Shown here in pieces: positions 1-9,784 of a DNA stretch of 64,000 nucleotides. Source of the DNA: Defluviitaleaceae bacterium (lineage in GTDB: Bacteria; Bacillota; Clostridia; Lachnospirales; WRAX01); assembly GCA_009784575.1 (NCBI GenBank), contig WRBK01000005.1, positions 37,457 to 101,456 of the forward strand, read 5' to 3'. How positions within the stretch are numbered: the stretch's first letter is position 1; the number at the start of each line of letters is the position of its first letter. The notes under the pieces are model-generated. The model did no database searches and was not told where the DNA came from. It saw nothing but the letters and a program-made list of their open reading frames with translations. The position numbers were made by a program, and so were the translations under genes.

Positions 1-793
1 TATGCTTAGTGCTTATCCCTTCATTGCGGAAGCAACGCCCAATCTCGTAAACGCGCTCTAACCCACCTACAATCAGCCTTTTTAGGGGTAGCTCAAGGGC
101 AATGCGCAATGACATAGGCAAATCCAGTGCATTGTGATGTGTTGCAAAAGGACGTGCAGATGCGCCACCTGGTATTGTCTGTAAAATAGGTGTTTCTACT
201 TCTATATATCCTTGTGCATCTAAAAATTCGCGTGTTTTACGGATTATGGCGGAACGCTTTAGGAAAGTTTCTCGTACATCAGTATTTACAATTAAATCCA
301 CATATCGGTGGCGATAGCGCAGTTCCATATCCGTCAAGCCATGATATTTTTCTGGCAAAATTTGTAAAGATTTTGAAAGCAATGTAATTTCCGTTGCTTT
401 TACGGATATTTCGCCTTTTTGTGTGCGAAAAACCACACCAACTACACCACAAATATCGCCAATATCCCATTTTTTAAATGATTCGTAAGGCTCTTGCCCT
501 ACATCGTCGCCCTTCACATATACTTGTATGCGTCCTTTTTCGTCTAATATATCACAAAAAGATGCTTTGCCCATTATGCGGCGTGTCATCATTCTGCCAG
601 CAATTTTTACGGCTTTGCCTTCCATATTATCAAAATCATTGTGAATCACGTCTGAATGTGTATCCGTGTCATATTTCACAATTTTAAAAGGGTCGTTGCC
701 GCTATTTTGCAGTTCTGCAAGCTTATCTCTACGGATTTGTAAAAGGGTACTTATATTTTCTTCAGTTTGTACAATATTGTTATCTTCAGTCAT
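1..793 (-). CDS. lysS: lysyl-tRNA synthetase (class II), N-terminal about 264 codons; the 3' end lies beyond the window edge
   Basis: Absent from the ORF track because it is open at the window edge. My own minus-strand translation from ATG 793-791 gives [36 protein letters not shown]...[35 protein letters not shown]...[13 protein letters not shown]...[16 protein letters not shown]...[16 protein letters not shown]. These are an OB-fold plus class II motifs. greA-lysS synteny supports the call. Confidence 0.9.
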   Translation of the reverse strand, partial: MTEDNNIVQTEENISTLLQIRRDKLAELQNSGNDPFKIVKYDTDTHSDVIHNDFDNMEGKAVKIAGRMMTRRIMGKASFCDILDEKGRIQVYVKGDDVGQEPYESFKKWDIGDICGVVGVVFRTQKGEISVKATEITLLSKSLQILPEKYHGLTDMELRYRHRYVDLIVNTDVRETFLKRSAIIRKTREFLDAQGYIEVETPILQTIPGGASARPFATHHNALDLPMSLRIALELPLKRLIVGGLERVYEIGRCFRNEGISTKH

Positions 794-809
794 AATTGTC
801 TCCAAGGCT

Positions 810-1286
810 TTATGCAATAGCCAAAATCTTATATTTAATGATACCTATTGGCGCATCAATTTCTACGACATCATTCACTCTATGTCCTATCAAGCCCATT
901 CCTAATGGCGATTCATTGGAGATGCGGTTTTTTTCAGGGTTTGCCTCAGCACTACCCACGATATGATAGGTTATTTCTTCATCAAATTCCATGTCCAAAA
1001 GAGTTACCTTGCTACCTAGGTTTACGGTGTCCTTATCCGTGTCATCTTGGTCGATAAGCACCGCATTACGTAGCATCTTTTCAATGGCAACAATGCGCGC
1101 CTCTATGCGTGCTTGCTCGTCCTTAGCCGCATCATATTCCGCATTTTCAGACAAATCGCCCTGCGCACGCGCCTCTTTTATCTTCTGGGCAATATCTTTG
1201 CGGCGTGTCACCTTTAGCATCGTTAGCTCTTCTTCTAAATCCCTTATTCCCTCATATGTTAAAGCAACTTTCTTGTCCATTGGCAT
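810..1286 (-). CDS. greA: transcription elongation factor GreA
   Basis: 158 aa with [17 protein letters not shown]...[27 protein letters not shown], the coiled-coil signature. SD GAGAGGAAGG lies upstream of ATG 1286. Confidence 0.95.
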   Translation of the reverse strand: MPMDKKVALTYEGIRDLEEELTMLKVTRRKDIAQKIKEARAQGDLSENAEYDAAKDEQARIEARIVAIEKMLRNAVLIDQDDTDKDTVNLGSKVTLLDMEFDEEITYHIVGSAEANPEKNRISNESPLGMGLIGHRVNDVVEIDAPIGIIKYKILAIA

Positions 1287-1337
1287 TTAACCTTCCTCTC
1301 AACCTTTTTCAACCTCATATTATACACCAGAACTGCC

Positions 1338-2303
1338 TTATTTGTCAATCAATAAATCTTGTAGTATTTTCTCTATTGCTGTAAAATCCTCGCATTTATT
1401 GATTGCATCTCGCGCGGCGGTAGCTCCACGTATGCCTTTTGTATACCACGCTATATGCTTCCGCATCTCACGCATAGCTACAAATTCGCCTTTTTGCGCT
1501 ATTTGCTGTTGTGTGTGTCGCAAAGCCAGCTCTACGCGGTCATTTGCTGTTGGTTCTGGCAATAGTTCGCCTGTTTGCAGATAATGTATACATCTGCGAA
1601 AAATCCAAGGGTTTCCACATGCCGCACGACCAATCATCAGGGCATCTACACCGCTTTCATTAAGCCGTTTTCGAGCCATCTCTGGAGAGTCTATGTCGCC
1701 ATTACCAATAACAGGTATGCTTTTTACCGCATTTTTTACCTCTGCTATAGCATCCCAGTTTGCAAAGCCGCTATACATCTGCGGTCTCGTGCGCCCATGA
1801 ACCGTTATGGCCGCCGCACCATTATCCTCAATTATTTTAGCCACTTCTAGGTAGTTTTGATTCTCAAAGTTATAACCTAGACGAATTTTTGCCGTTACGG
1901 GCTTTGTGGATGCGCGCGACACAGCTTTTACAATCCTACCAATTAGAGATGGGTTGCGCATTAGTGCAGAACCATCACCATTTCTTACTATTTTTGGCGC
2001 GGGACAGCCCATGTTTATGTCAATAATATCAAATTTACTATCGTTTAGGCCGGCGGCAACCTGAGCCATTATATCAGGGTCGCTGCCGAAAAGCTGTGCA
2101 GACACTGGGTTTTCTATATCTTCTGTAGCTAATAGGTCGGCTGTTTTGTCATTGCCATAGGACATTGCCTTTGCACTGACCATTTCTGTGACCACCAGCC
2201 CCGCTCCAAATTCGCGGCATATCTTGCGAAAGGCAAGGTCTGTTATGCCTGCCATAGGCGCCATTATCACAGGGCTTTTCAGTTCTACATCGCCGATTTT
2301 CAT
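1338..2303 (-). CDS. dusB: tRNA-dihydrouridine synthase (DusB-like)
   Basis: 321 aa with VIMAPMAGITDLAFRKICREFGAGLVVTEMVSAKA and DINMGCPAPKIV, the Dus TIM-barrel motifs. Confidence 0.9.
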   Translation of the reverse strand: MKIGDVELKSPVIMAPMAGITDLAFRKICREFGAGLVVTEMVSAKAMSYGNDKTADLLATEDIENPVSAQLFGSDPDIMAQVAAGLNDSKFDIIDINMGCPAPKIVRNGDGSALMRNPSLIGRIVKAVSRASTKPVTAKIRLGYNFENQNYLEVAKIIEDNGAAAITVHGRTRPQMYSGFANWDAIAEVKNAVKSIPVIGNGDIDSPEMARKRLNESGVDALMIGRAACGNPWIFRRCIHYLQTGELLPEPTANDRVELALRHTQQQIAQKGEFVAMREMRKHIAWYTKGIRGATAARDAINKCEDFTAIEKILQDLLIDK

Positions 2304-3079
2304 TGACTTTCACCTTTGTTCATTTCATATAAAATCCTTAGACCTTCCAGCGTTAGACCAGGTACTATTTCATCAAAAATATCACTGCCTTGGGATATGG
2401 TGTTTGCTAGACCGCCTGTGGCAATTACTTTTGCATTGGGCGTACCCATTTCTTCACGTAGTTTGTTTACGATATATTCTGTCTCACCAATACGCCCAAA
2501 TAAAATGCCCGCTTGCATACTTTCCGCTGTTGTATTTACCATAAGCGAGGGCGGGAGAGCTAGTTCCACATTCCCCAAAAGTGCGGCGCGTGAAAATAGC
2601 GCATCGGCAGAGATTTTTATGCCTGGTGCTGTAATGCCTGTCAAAAATTCACCATTGCCGTCAACGGCATCATATGTGGTTGCTGTGCCATAGTCAATGA
2701 TTATGATGGGGCCACCATAAAGCTGATATCCCGCAACGCAATTCACAATTCTATCTGCGCCTAGCTCACGCTCGCCTACTAAATTAAGTTTTATGCCAAG
2801 TTCCATGTCCTTGCTAACAATCATTGGAGAAATATCAAAATATTTCCTTATAGCATTAGTAAGTGAATACATGACATTAGGCACAACGGACGATATTATG
2901 ATATTTTTTAGGCTTTCTGGCGCGATTCCTCTATGTTGCAAAAGCGAATAAATGAAAATACCCACCTCGTCCGAGGTGCGGTTTGCACTCGTTGCCATAC
3001 GCCAGCTACGCACAAGATTTTCGCCATCATATAGCCCCAAAACAATATTTGTGTTGCCTACATCTATAACTAATAGCAT
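2300..3079 (-). CDS. coaX: type III pantothenate kinase
   Basis: 259 aa with MLLVIDVGNTNIVLGLY and IIIDYGTATTYD (ASKHA fold, CoaX pattern). Its stop overlaps the dusB start by 4 nt. Confidence 0.9.
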   Translation of the reverse strand: MLLVIDVGNTNIVLGLYDGENLVRSWRMATSANRTSDEVGIFIYSLLQHRGIAPESLKNIIISSVVPNVMYSLTNAIRKYFDISPMIVSKDMELGIKLNLVGERELGADRIVNCVAGYQLYGGPIIIIDYGTATTYDAVDGNGEFLTGITAPGIKISADALFSRAALLGNVELALPPSLMVNTTAESMQAGILFGRIGETEYIVNKLREEMGTPNAKVIATGGLANTISQGSDIFDEIVPGLTLEGLRILYEMNKGESQ

Positions 3080-3408
3080 TATCCTTGATTCCCCTTGATT
3101 ACTAAATTATACCACAAGCTAAGCGATTGCAGCATTTCTTCCTCTTGCTTTATGATACTGTTCACATGATACTTTGCACCGATTTCGTCATATTCAAAGT
3201 CATCTGCTGAATGGGATGCTTCTAGAAAGGTTTCGCCATTTTGCGTGAACCCTAAAGCCATAACGCCGCGCGTGTATTCGCAAGAATCAACGAGCAATAT
3301 TTTAATATCTTCTTGAATGCTCCGTGGCAAACTCGCAAATTCTAAATCATTGAAAAAGTAAGATTGGCTATAAAAGCTAGCCGCCGCCAAAACTTGTCTT
3401 TCCATCAT
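3079..3408 (-). CDS. hypothetical cytoplasmic protein, 109 aa
   Basis: The ORF is translationally coupled at both ends: its stop abuts the coaX start and its ATG overlaps the upstream stop. I see no recognisable catalytic motif. Confidence 0.5.
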   Translation of the reverse strand: MMERQVLAAASFYSQSYFFNDLEFASLPRSIQEDIKILLVDSCEYTRGVMALGFTQNGETFLEASHSADDFEYDEIGAKYHVNSIIKQEEEMLQSLSLWYNLVIKGNQG

Positions 3409-3791
3409 TTCACCAGCTTTGCCATAAATCGCTCTACATCAATAATGGCGCGCTCATGCACACCTTTTCCTATTATACCGTTTTTGTCACTTGCTTCAAT
3501 GTCAAAGGTAAGCTTACGTCCATCTATTTGTTTCAATATAGCCGTGGCAGAAACCTTTGCTCCAAGCGGTGTTGCCGCCATATGTTGTATATTGACAAGT
3601 GTGCCTACAGTGGTTGAGCCATCTGGTAGGTCGCTCTGCACAGCATTTCGTGCGGCTAGTTCCATTAATAGTATCATGGCAGGTGTAGCAAAAACCTGTA
3701 CCGTGCCACTGCCCATAAATGCTGCTGTGTCGCGCTCTTCTACAGTTTTTTCAGTTATGTGGCTTGTACCAATTTGCAACTTGTAATCCAT
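3405..3791 (-). CDS. hotdog-fold thioesterase family protein
   Basis: MDYKLQIGTSHITEKTVEERDTAAFMGSGTVQVFATPAMILLMELAARNAV...GTLVNIQHMAATPLGAKV resembles FlK/4HBT-like thioesterases. I moved the start to ATG 3791 because GGAGGA precedes it and a hairpin (3812-3830) occupies the longer ORF extension. Confidence 0.65.
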   Translation of the reverse strand: MDYKLQIGTSHITEKTVEERDTAAFMGSGTVQVFATPAMILLMELAARNAVQSDLPDGSTTVGTLVNIQHMAATPLGAKVSATAILKQIDGRKLTFDIEASDKNGIIGKGVHERAIIDVERFMAKLVK

Positions 3792-3811
3792 AAGTCCTCC
3801 AGAAGTGATAA

Positions 3812-3830
3812 AGGCGACCAATGGTCGCCT
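3812..3830 (-). terminator. short GC hairpin (AGGCGACC-aat-GGTCGCCT), a weak intrinsic terminator or attenuator between the Zn-ribbon gene and the thioesterase gene
   Basis: Perfect 8-bp stem. Only 3 U residues follow on the minus strand. Confidence 0.35.
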
Positions 3831-3850
3831 CGCTAGAATTATTGACCATT

Positions 3851-4171
3851 TTAACGTATCTCAATTTGCTTATCGCAATTTTGGCAGACCACATGGCCCG
3901 CCTTTATGCCTTTGGGCGTAAACTGTTTCCAAAGTGAACTATAACGTTCGCCTCCAAGTTTGCAATGTGGACATCTGCATTTGCTTAGCGAATATCCATA
4001 GCATATCAGAGTTAATAGCGCAGGTGTCATCACAGCGAACCTAAAACCCATTGTCGTGCCTTCAATCGTCAAGAAGACTACAAGCCCAGCAATCACAAAC
4101 AAAACACCAAGGCAAATCGTTATCTTTGCTACAATAATGTGTATCTTGCTTACATAACCAAAATTATCCAT
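3851..4171 (-). CDS. small membrane protein with a C-terminal zinc-ribbon (CxxC...CxxC)
   Basis: 106 aa with two hydrophobic helices, then CRCPHCKLGG...VVCQNCDKQIEIR. Confidence 0.5.
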   Translation of the reverse strand: MDNFGYVSKIHIIVAKITICLGVLFVIAGLVVFLTIEGTTMGFRFAVMTPALLTLICYGYSLSKCRCPHCKLGGERYSSLWKQFTPKGIKAGHVVCQNCDKQIEIR

Positions 4172-4175
4172 AATA

Positions 4176-6122
4176 TCAACTATTCATCCCGTCTGTCAAA
4201 TCCACAAGTGGTGATTCTCCAAAAACATTGCTTTCATCAATATTCCAATCTTCACCTTTCTTTGGTAATGGCGGGTCAAAAAGATTGCGGAATTCGTCGC
4301 CTGTAATTTTTTCTTTTTGCATTAGCAAATCTGCTGTTTTATGCATTGTTTCCATGTAGCGTTGCAAAATCTCCAAGGCTTGTGAATAGCCAGTATTTAC
4401 AAAACGTTCTATCTCTTTATCAATTTGTGCCGCCACCTCTTCACCATAATTGCGGCTTTGCGCAAAGTCGCGACCTAAGAAAACCTCGTCATTTTCATTA
4501 CCAAACATGATAGGCCCCAAAACCTCGCTCATGCCGTATTTTGTTACCATGTCGCGAGCTATGGATGTTGCGCGCATGATATCATTGCTTGCGCCTGTTG
4601 TGATATCGTTAAATATCAGGTACTCTGCGGCTCGACCGCCCATCAGCGAAGTTATTGTTTGCTCCATAAACTTCTTAGAATGTGTTGTTTTATCTTCGCT
4701 AGGTTGTTGCATTGCATAGCCTCCAGCCCTGCCAACAGGAATGATAGACAGCACATGTACAGGGTCAAGCTCGCCAAGCACCTCCATTATAATTCCATGA
4801 CCAGCCTCGTGATATGCAACAGCTCTTTTTTCCTTTTCAGGCACCACGCGGCTCTTTTTCTCCGTTCCCATGGCCACTTTCACAAAAGCTTGGCGGACAT
4901 CAAGCATTGTAATTTCTTTTTTACCTTCTCTAGCCGCCAAAAGTGCAGATTCGTTAAGTAGGTTCTCTAAGTCAGCCCCTGTGAAACCCGAAGTTATACC
5001 AGCGACCACATTTAACTCAACATCATCTGCCAGCTTTTTACCACGAGCATGAACACCAAGGATTTCTTCACGCCCCTTAACGTCGGGGCGGTCTACCACA
5101 ACACGCCTATCAAAGCGACCAGGACGCAAAAGTGCAGGGTCTAAGATATCTGGGCGATTTGTTGCCGCAAGAATGATTATACCTTCATTAACGCCAAAGC
5201 CATCCATTTCTACAAGCAATTGGTTTAGTGTTTGCTCTCTTTCATCGTGTCCGCCGCCAAGGCCCGCGCCGCGCTTACGACCGACAGCATCTATCTCATC
5301 AATAAACACGATACATGGCGCACTTTTCTTGGCTTGGTCAAACAAATCACGTACACGCGATGCGCCAACACCAACAAACATCTCCACAAAATCTGAGCCA
5401 GATATAGAATAAAACGGTACGCCAGCCTCGCCAGCAACAGCGCGCGCTAAAAGCGTTTTACCCGTGCCAGGCGGACCTACCAAAAGCACACCCTTAGGGA
5501 TTCTAGCACCAATTTCTACGAACTTTTTAGGTTGCTTTAGAAATTCTACGATTTCTTGCAAGTCTGTCTTTTCTTCCTCAAGACCCGCCACATCGCGGAA
5601 TGTAACTTTACGTTTATCATCCACAACAGCTTTCGCACGTGATTTGCCGAAAGACATAACGCGATTTCCGCCTCCTCCACCACCGCCTTGCATTTGGTGG
5701 ATGAAGAATAACATTATTGTAAGGGGTATTAGCAGTATCAAAAATGGTGTCAATAGCGATAGAAAGAAATTGCTCTGCGGTATGGTCACATCAACCGCAA
5801 TGTCATCCGTAGCCATATGGTAATGCACAATCTCCATAAAGCTGTTCATATCAGGCACTTGCACTCTGCGGGGCGTGCTTGGCATCACAACATCAACACC
5901 TGGGCGCAATGTAACCTCCACATTTGCCGCGCCGCCAACTTCAGAATGCCGTGCGATATCTAGGCTTTCTACCTCGCCCGCCTCTAGTGCCGCCACAAGG
6001 TCGCTATAATCAAAAGGCGGCGTGTTTGATGTGTTTGTATTCATATTTAAAGCAATAAAAATAAACATGATAAACACTATCACAATCATATATATACCGA
6101 AATTTTTTCTCTGTGTTCCCAT
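4176..6122 (-). CDS. ftsH: ATP-dependent zinc metalloprotease FtsH
   Basis: 648 aa with an N-terminal TM, Walker [19 protein letters not shown], Walker [15 protein letters not shown], and zinc site HEAGHGI. Confidence 0.97.
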   Translation of the reverse strand: MGTQRKNFGIYMIVIVFIMFIFIALNMNTNTSNTPPFDYSDLVAALEAGEVESLDIARHSEVGGAANVEVTLRPGVDVVMPSTPRRVQVPDMNSFMEIVHYHMATDDIAVDVTIPQSNFFLSLLTPFLILLIPLTIMLFFIHQMQGGGGGGGNRVMSFGKSRAKAVVDDKRKVTFRDVAGLEEEKTDLQEIVEFLKQPKKFVEIGARIPKGVLLVGPPGTGKTLLARAVAGEAGVPFYSISGSDFVEMFVGVGASRVRDLFDQAKKSAPCIVFIDEIDAVGRKRGAGLGGGHDEREQTLNQLLVEMDGFGVNEGIIILAATNRPDILDPALLRPGRFDRRVVVDRPDVKGREEILGVHARGKKLADDVELNVVAGITSGFTGADLENLLNESALLAAREGKKEITMLDVRQAFVKVAMGTEKKSRVVPEKEKRAVAYHEAGHGIIMEVLGELDPVHVLSIIPVGRAGGYAMQQPSEDKTTHSKKFMEQTITSLMGGRAAEYLIFNDITTGASNDIMRATSIARDMVTKYGMSEVLGPIMFGNENDEVFLGRDFAQSRNYGEEVAAQIDKEIERFVNTGYSQALEILQRYMETMHKTADLLMQKEKITGDEFRNLFDPPLPKKGEDWNIDESNVFGESPLVDLTDGMNS

Positions 6123-6140
6123 TTAGTACCTCCGTTTTTA

Positions 6141-7520
6141 CTATTTCTTCCAAATTTGCAAAAATATTGTATTGCTATCGTTTTCACTAGGGTTAAACTT
6201 GTGTGATTCTATGGGTTTATCATTGTCTCCATTTATGTTAAAAATAAGGATTACATCTTGCCCATATGCGATAAACACAGCTTGCTCTCGCCCATCACGT
6301 CTTATTTTCTTGTCTGTGAAAAAATCCTTAATCTTCTTTGTGCCTACATTGTTAAAAAAAATTCTATCTCCAGACAGGCGTGTTCTTATCTGCAAAGAGC
6401 CATCTGTTATTCTATCACAATTTATAGCTTTTGTAAAAGCATTTTCCTTTATAATATTTTCACTAAGACATATCCATCTATTAATTTGCGAAACATATAT
6501 TGGGATATTTTTGGCTAAATCTAAGGAAAATCCATCATTGGCACTTGGCTTTTTTATGCAAATTTCATTATATGATTTTTCGGCCATATAGCCATCTAGC
6601 AGAGGTATCTGTTTGCCGCTTTGTAGGCTAGTTAAGGCTAATATTGATTTCACATGTTCATATGTTATATTTTTTGTGTTGCCAAGCATCTCCTCAATGA
6701 CCATGCGAATAATCCTGCGTTTTATAGCTATATCATGCGTAACAAATTGCCCTAGGTCTATAATTAATCCATCTTGGTTATTTTTGCTATATTTTACACA
6801 TTTTTCATAAGCTTGCTTGGCGATATTGCTAATTAACCCATCTTCATCAGCAGATATTGTTGCTAGTCTACTAAGAGCCAAATTGATATGAGGATTAAGA
6901 TTATCCCGCATTTGAGGCAGAAGAAAATTTCTAACCCAATTTCTGGTGTAGTTATTGGATTCATTGGTAGAATCGGTGCGATAGCTTATGCGATAATGCC
7001 CGCAATATTCCAAGATTTTTTTGCGACTTACATTTATGAGCGGACGGATGATATTACCATTTATTGGCGGTATACCACGAATACCACCTGCTCCGCGAGT
7101 TGTATTCATTATGACGGTTTCTGCCATGTCATCTTGATTATGCGCAACCGCAATCTTATTATATCTGAGTTCTTGCAGGGCTTGATTAAAGCACTCATAG
7201 CGCAATATGCGCCCCGCCTCTTCTATCCCTATATTGCGCTTATTAGCTTCGACCGCTACATTATATCTAACTATTATCAGCTCTATACCAAGGTTTTCGC
7301 AAAATTCTTGACAAAATTCTAAATCGCTATCTGCCTCTTCGCCTCTCAAGCCATGATGCACATGAACACAAACTATTCTTAGTTCAAGTTCAGTTAAACA
7401 ATTATGCAAAAAATGTGTCATCGCAACAGAATCTGCCCCGCCAGAAAGCCCGATAACAATGCCATCACCTCGAGCCAGCATACTATATTCTGTAATTGTA
7501 GCCATCACTTTTTTTAGCAT
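6141..7520 (-). CDS. tilS: tRNA(Ile)-lysidine synthase
   Basis: 459 aa with the PP-loop GLSGGADSVAM. The position upstream of ftsH is the conserved Firmicutes arrangement. Confidence 0.9.
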   Translation of the reverse strand: MLKKVMATITEYSMLARGDGIVIGLSGGADSVAMTHFLHNCLTELELRIVCVHVHHGLRGEEADSDLEFCQEFCENLGIELIIVRYNVAVEANKRNIGIEEAGRILRYECFNQALQELRYNKIAVAHNQDDMAETVIMNTTRGAGGIRGIPPINGNIIRPLINVSRKKILEYCGHYRISYRTDSTNESNNYTRNWVRNFLLPQMRDNLNPHINLALSRLATISADEDGLISNIAKQAYEKCVKYSKNNQDGLIIDLGQFVTHDIAIKRRIIRMVIEEMLGNTKNITYEHVKSILALTSLQSGKQIPLLDGYMAEKSYNEICIKKPSANDGFSLDLAKNIPIYVSQINRWICLSENIIKENAFTKAINCDRITDGSLQIRTRLSGDRIFFNNVGTKKIKDFFTDKKIRRDGREQAVFIAYGQDVILIFNINGDNDKPIESHKFNPSENDSNTIFLQIWKK

Positions 7521-7607
7521 AAAAAATCACCTAAATTTTTCTGTTATATTCTACAAAACATTTATGAATAATAAATGTACAAACATCCAAAGGGGAGTTT
7601 ATCTATT

Positions 7608-8474
7608 ATGAAGAGGACATTTGTTGCTATATTAGCTATTTTACTTGTGGCCGCACATGTAAATGTTTATGCATCGCCACTAGAAACTTTGATGGGTCTT
7701 GCTATGGGCGAGGTCGCAGAGGTACCCATCATCATGTATCACGCCTTAGAAGACACGCCAGACAACAGATGGGAGATAACAGAAAAGGAATTTGAATCTG
7801 ACCTAAGGCATATTGTTGAAAACGGCTATGCAACCGTTGTTATGCAAGATTTAATAGATTTTGTGCATGATGGCAAGCCATTACCAGAAAAGCCTATTGT
7901 ATTAAGTTTTGATGATGGGCGTATGCCCACAATGGACATTATTTTACCCATGCTAGAAAAGTATGATGCTAAGATAACCATGGCTATTATCGGTCATGAA
8001 ACAGACCGTTATACAGAAATAGACAGACAAGGCAAAGTTTCGCGCCATCCACATATGACATGGGACGAGGTGATTGCAGCCCACAAGACAGGTCGTGTGG
8101 AGATACAGAGCCACACATATGATTTGCATGGCACAATTGGCGCAAAAAAGAAAAAGGGCGAAAGCGTGGAGGCATATCGTGAACGTCTATTGGCAGACCT
8201 AGATAAGTTTGCTGAGATTTTGCATAGTTATACGGGCATTGTCCCAAACACGCTTGTGTACCCGCTTGGTGCAATTAGTTTGGAATCTGACGATATTATC
8301 AAAGAGGCGGGATATTTGGCTAGCTTGTCCTGCGAGGAAAAATCCAATCTTATACGAGTGGGCGATGAGGATAGCCTGTATAGCTTGAACCGCTTCTTGC
8401 GCCCTCCGCATACATCCAGCACAGATTTTTTTGCGAAGCTTGGGGATAATAAGATGATGAACGAAAAGAGATAA
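7608..8474 (+). CDS. secreted polysaccharide deacetylase (NodB homology domain)
   Basis: Signal peptide MKRTFVAILAILLVAAHVNVYA, plus LSFDDGR and HTYDLH motifs. Start set at ATG 7608 after AAAGGGGAG. Confidence 0.8.
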   Translation: MKRTFVAILAILLVAAHVNVYASPLETLMGLAMGEVAEVPIIMYHALEDTPDNRWEITEKEFESDLRHIVENGYATVVMQDLIDFVHDGKPLPEKPIVLSFDDGRMPTMDIILPMLEKYDAKITMAIIGHETDRYTEIDRQGKVSRHPHMTWDEVIAAHKTGRVEIQSHTYDLHGTIGAKKKKGESVEAYRERLLADLDKFAEILHSYTGIVPNTLVYPLGAISLESDDIIKEAGYLASLSCEEKSNLIRVGDEDSLYSLNRFLRPPHTSSTDFFAKLGDNKMMNEKR

Positions 8475-8483
8475 TACGATATG

Positions 8484-8513
8484 ATAGCGGCGCATAGCAT
8501 GTGCCGCTATTTT
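8484..8513 (+). terminator. intrinsic terminator after the deacetylase gene
   Basis: ATAGCGGCGCAT-agc-ATGTGCCGCTAT, a 12-bp stem with 1 mismatch, followed by TTT. Confidence 0.6.
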
Positions 8514-8540
8514 ACATAAAAATTTCTATCGTAATATTTG

Positions 8541-8569
8541 TTGACATTTTATTAATTTTGTATTAAACT
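8541..8569 (+). promoter_or_regulatory. sigma-A type promoter for the oxidoreductase operon
   Basis: TTGACA (8541-8546), a 17-nt spacer, then TAAACT (8564-8569). Confidence 0.5.
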
Positions 8570-8574
8570 GTTAA

Positions 8575-8912
8575 AGTAATGTCAATCTATTATGTTTCAT
8601 TGTTGTGTTTTGCTAACTGCAATATTTTGTTAATACTTATCGCGCGAGTGCGTGCTGCAAAGTGATGCCATGTACTCGCGCGGTTAGTATTGGTTAAGAG
8701 CCTATCCCTTAATAACAACGAAGCAGATTTTTGAGGGTTTTTCCTCAAAACAAAGAAGCGAAATCCGTGGTGTACCCAAAGGCACATAAGGATTTTGCTG
8801 ACGAAGGGTTGAGGGAAAAGACCGAAAATATGCGAGATTGCTTATTGAGGGATGGGTTCTAAGTTGCAAGTTAGTTTAATCATTTATAAATAATCAATGT
8901 AGGAGGTCAAAG
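8575..8912 (+). promoter_or_regulatory. long (about 340 nt) structured 5' leader of unknown class upstream of the POR/VOR operon
   Basis: 9-bp GC hairpin CGCGCGAGT...ACTCGCGCG (8641-8682). Hairpin TTTGAGG-gttttt-CCTCAAA (8729-8749). Hairpin GCGAAATCC...GGATTTTGC (8758-8798). Three UUGAGGG copies at 8731, 8809 and 8845. No convincing ORF. Confidence 0.45.
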
Positions 8913-9494
8913 ATGGCAAAAAATGTTGTAGAAATTCGCTGGCACGCCAGAGGCGGGCAAGGCGCAAAGACTGCGTCCGAACTACTTGCCGACACAGTTT
9001 TTATGGCAGGAAAATATGTCCAAGGCTTTCCCGAGTACGGGCCAGAGCGTATGGGCGCACCAATAACGGCATACAATCGTATTGCTGATTCAAAAATCAG
9101 AATCCATAGCAATATCTATGAGCCTGATTTTGTTGTAGTTCTTGATGAAACACTTATTGAGGGTGTTGATTGCACGGCAGGTCTTAAGGAAAGCGGCGCT
9201 ATTGTTGTTAATACCGCTAAATCGCCTGAAGAAATTAAGGCAGGGCTTGGCGGATACAAAGGCAAGGTGTGTACGATAGATGCTAGAGCTATCTCGGAAG
9301 ACTGCATAGGCAGATATTTCCCTAACACACCACTGCTTGCTGCTATTGTAAAGGTTTCTGGCGTTGTGGATGAGGCTACTTTCCTTAAAGATATGGAAAC
9401 ATCGTTGAGCCATAAGTTCGCAAGCAAGCCACATGTGGTTGAAGGCAATATGAACGCACTAAAGCGTGCGGTATCGGAGGTGAAGGGTCTATGA
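8913..9494 (+). CDS. 2-oxoacid:ferredoxin oxidoreductase, gamma subunit (POR/VOR family)
   Basis: 193 aa with EIRWHARGGQGAKTASELLA, the typical gamma-subunit N-terminus. First gene of the gamma-delta-alpha-beta order. Confidence 0.85.
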   Translation: MAKNVVEIRWHARGGQGAKTASELLADTVFMAGKYVQGFPEYGPERMGAPITAYNRIADSKIRIHSNIYEPDFVVVLDETLIEGVDCTAGLKESGAIVVNTAKSPEEIKAGLGGYKGKVCTIDARAISEDCIGRYFPNTPLLAAIVKVSGVVDEATFLKDMETSLSHKFASKPHVVEGNMNALKRAVSEVKGL

Positions 9495-9784
9495 ATGCTG
9501 GAAAAGGCGTAAAGTTGGAATCTTGGAAAAACATGACCCATGGTGCCCATGTTTTTGAGGCAGGTAATGCCGTAAACTTCAAAACTGGTGACTGGAGAAG
9601 CGATAAGCCAATTTTTATTTCAGAAAATTGCAAGCAGTGCTTGCTTTGCTTCCCTGTTTGCCCAGATTCTGCAATCGTTTTAGAAGATGGTCAAATGCAA
9701 GGCTTTAATTACGATTTTTGCAAGGGCTGCTTGGTTTGCATGATGGCTTGCCCATTTAAAGCTATAGAGAAGGAGGGCGTGTAA
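9491..9784 (+). CDS. 2-oxoacid:ferredoxin oxidoreductase, delta subunit (2x[4Fe-4S] ferredoxin)
   Basis: 97 aa with CKQCLLCFPVCP and CKGCLVCMMACP cluster motifs. ATGA overlap with the gamma subunit gene. Confidence 0.85.
   Translation: MNAGKGVKLESWKNMTHGAHVFEAGNAVNFKTGDWRSDKPIFISENCKQCLLCFPVCPDSAIVLEDGQMQGFNYDFCKGCLVCMMACPFKAIEKEGV

Noticed and set aside
6123-7520. Absence of hpt between tilS and ftsH, and insertion of three small genes between ftsH and coaX, as a possible rearrangement.
   Set aside because: Gene content between these conserved anchors varies widely among Firmicutes. Nothing in the sequence (repeats or composition) marks a recent event.
8590-8787. 65-aa minus-strand ORF inside the leader region.
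   Set aside because: It has no SD, lies opposite the structured leader, and has Arg/His-rich composition.
8575-8912. T-box riboswitch upstream of the oxidoreductase operon, suggested by CGTGGTGTACCC, which resembles the GGTGGTACC T-box core.
   Set aside because: The motif is interrupted. I could not find a Stem I specifier/AG-bulge architecture or a terminator/antiterminator pair ending in a U-tract. The region is kept only as an unclassified leader.
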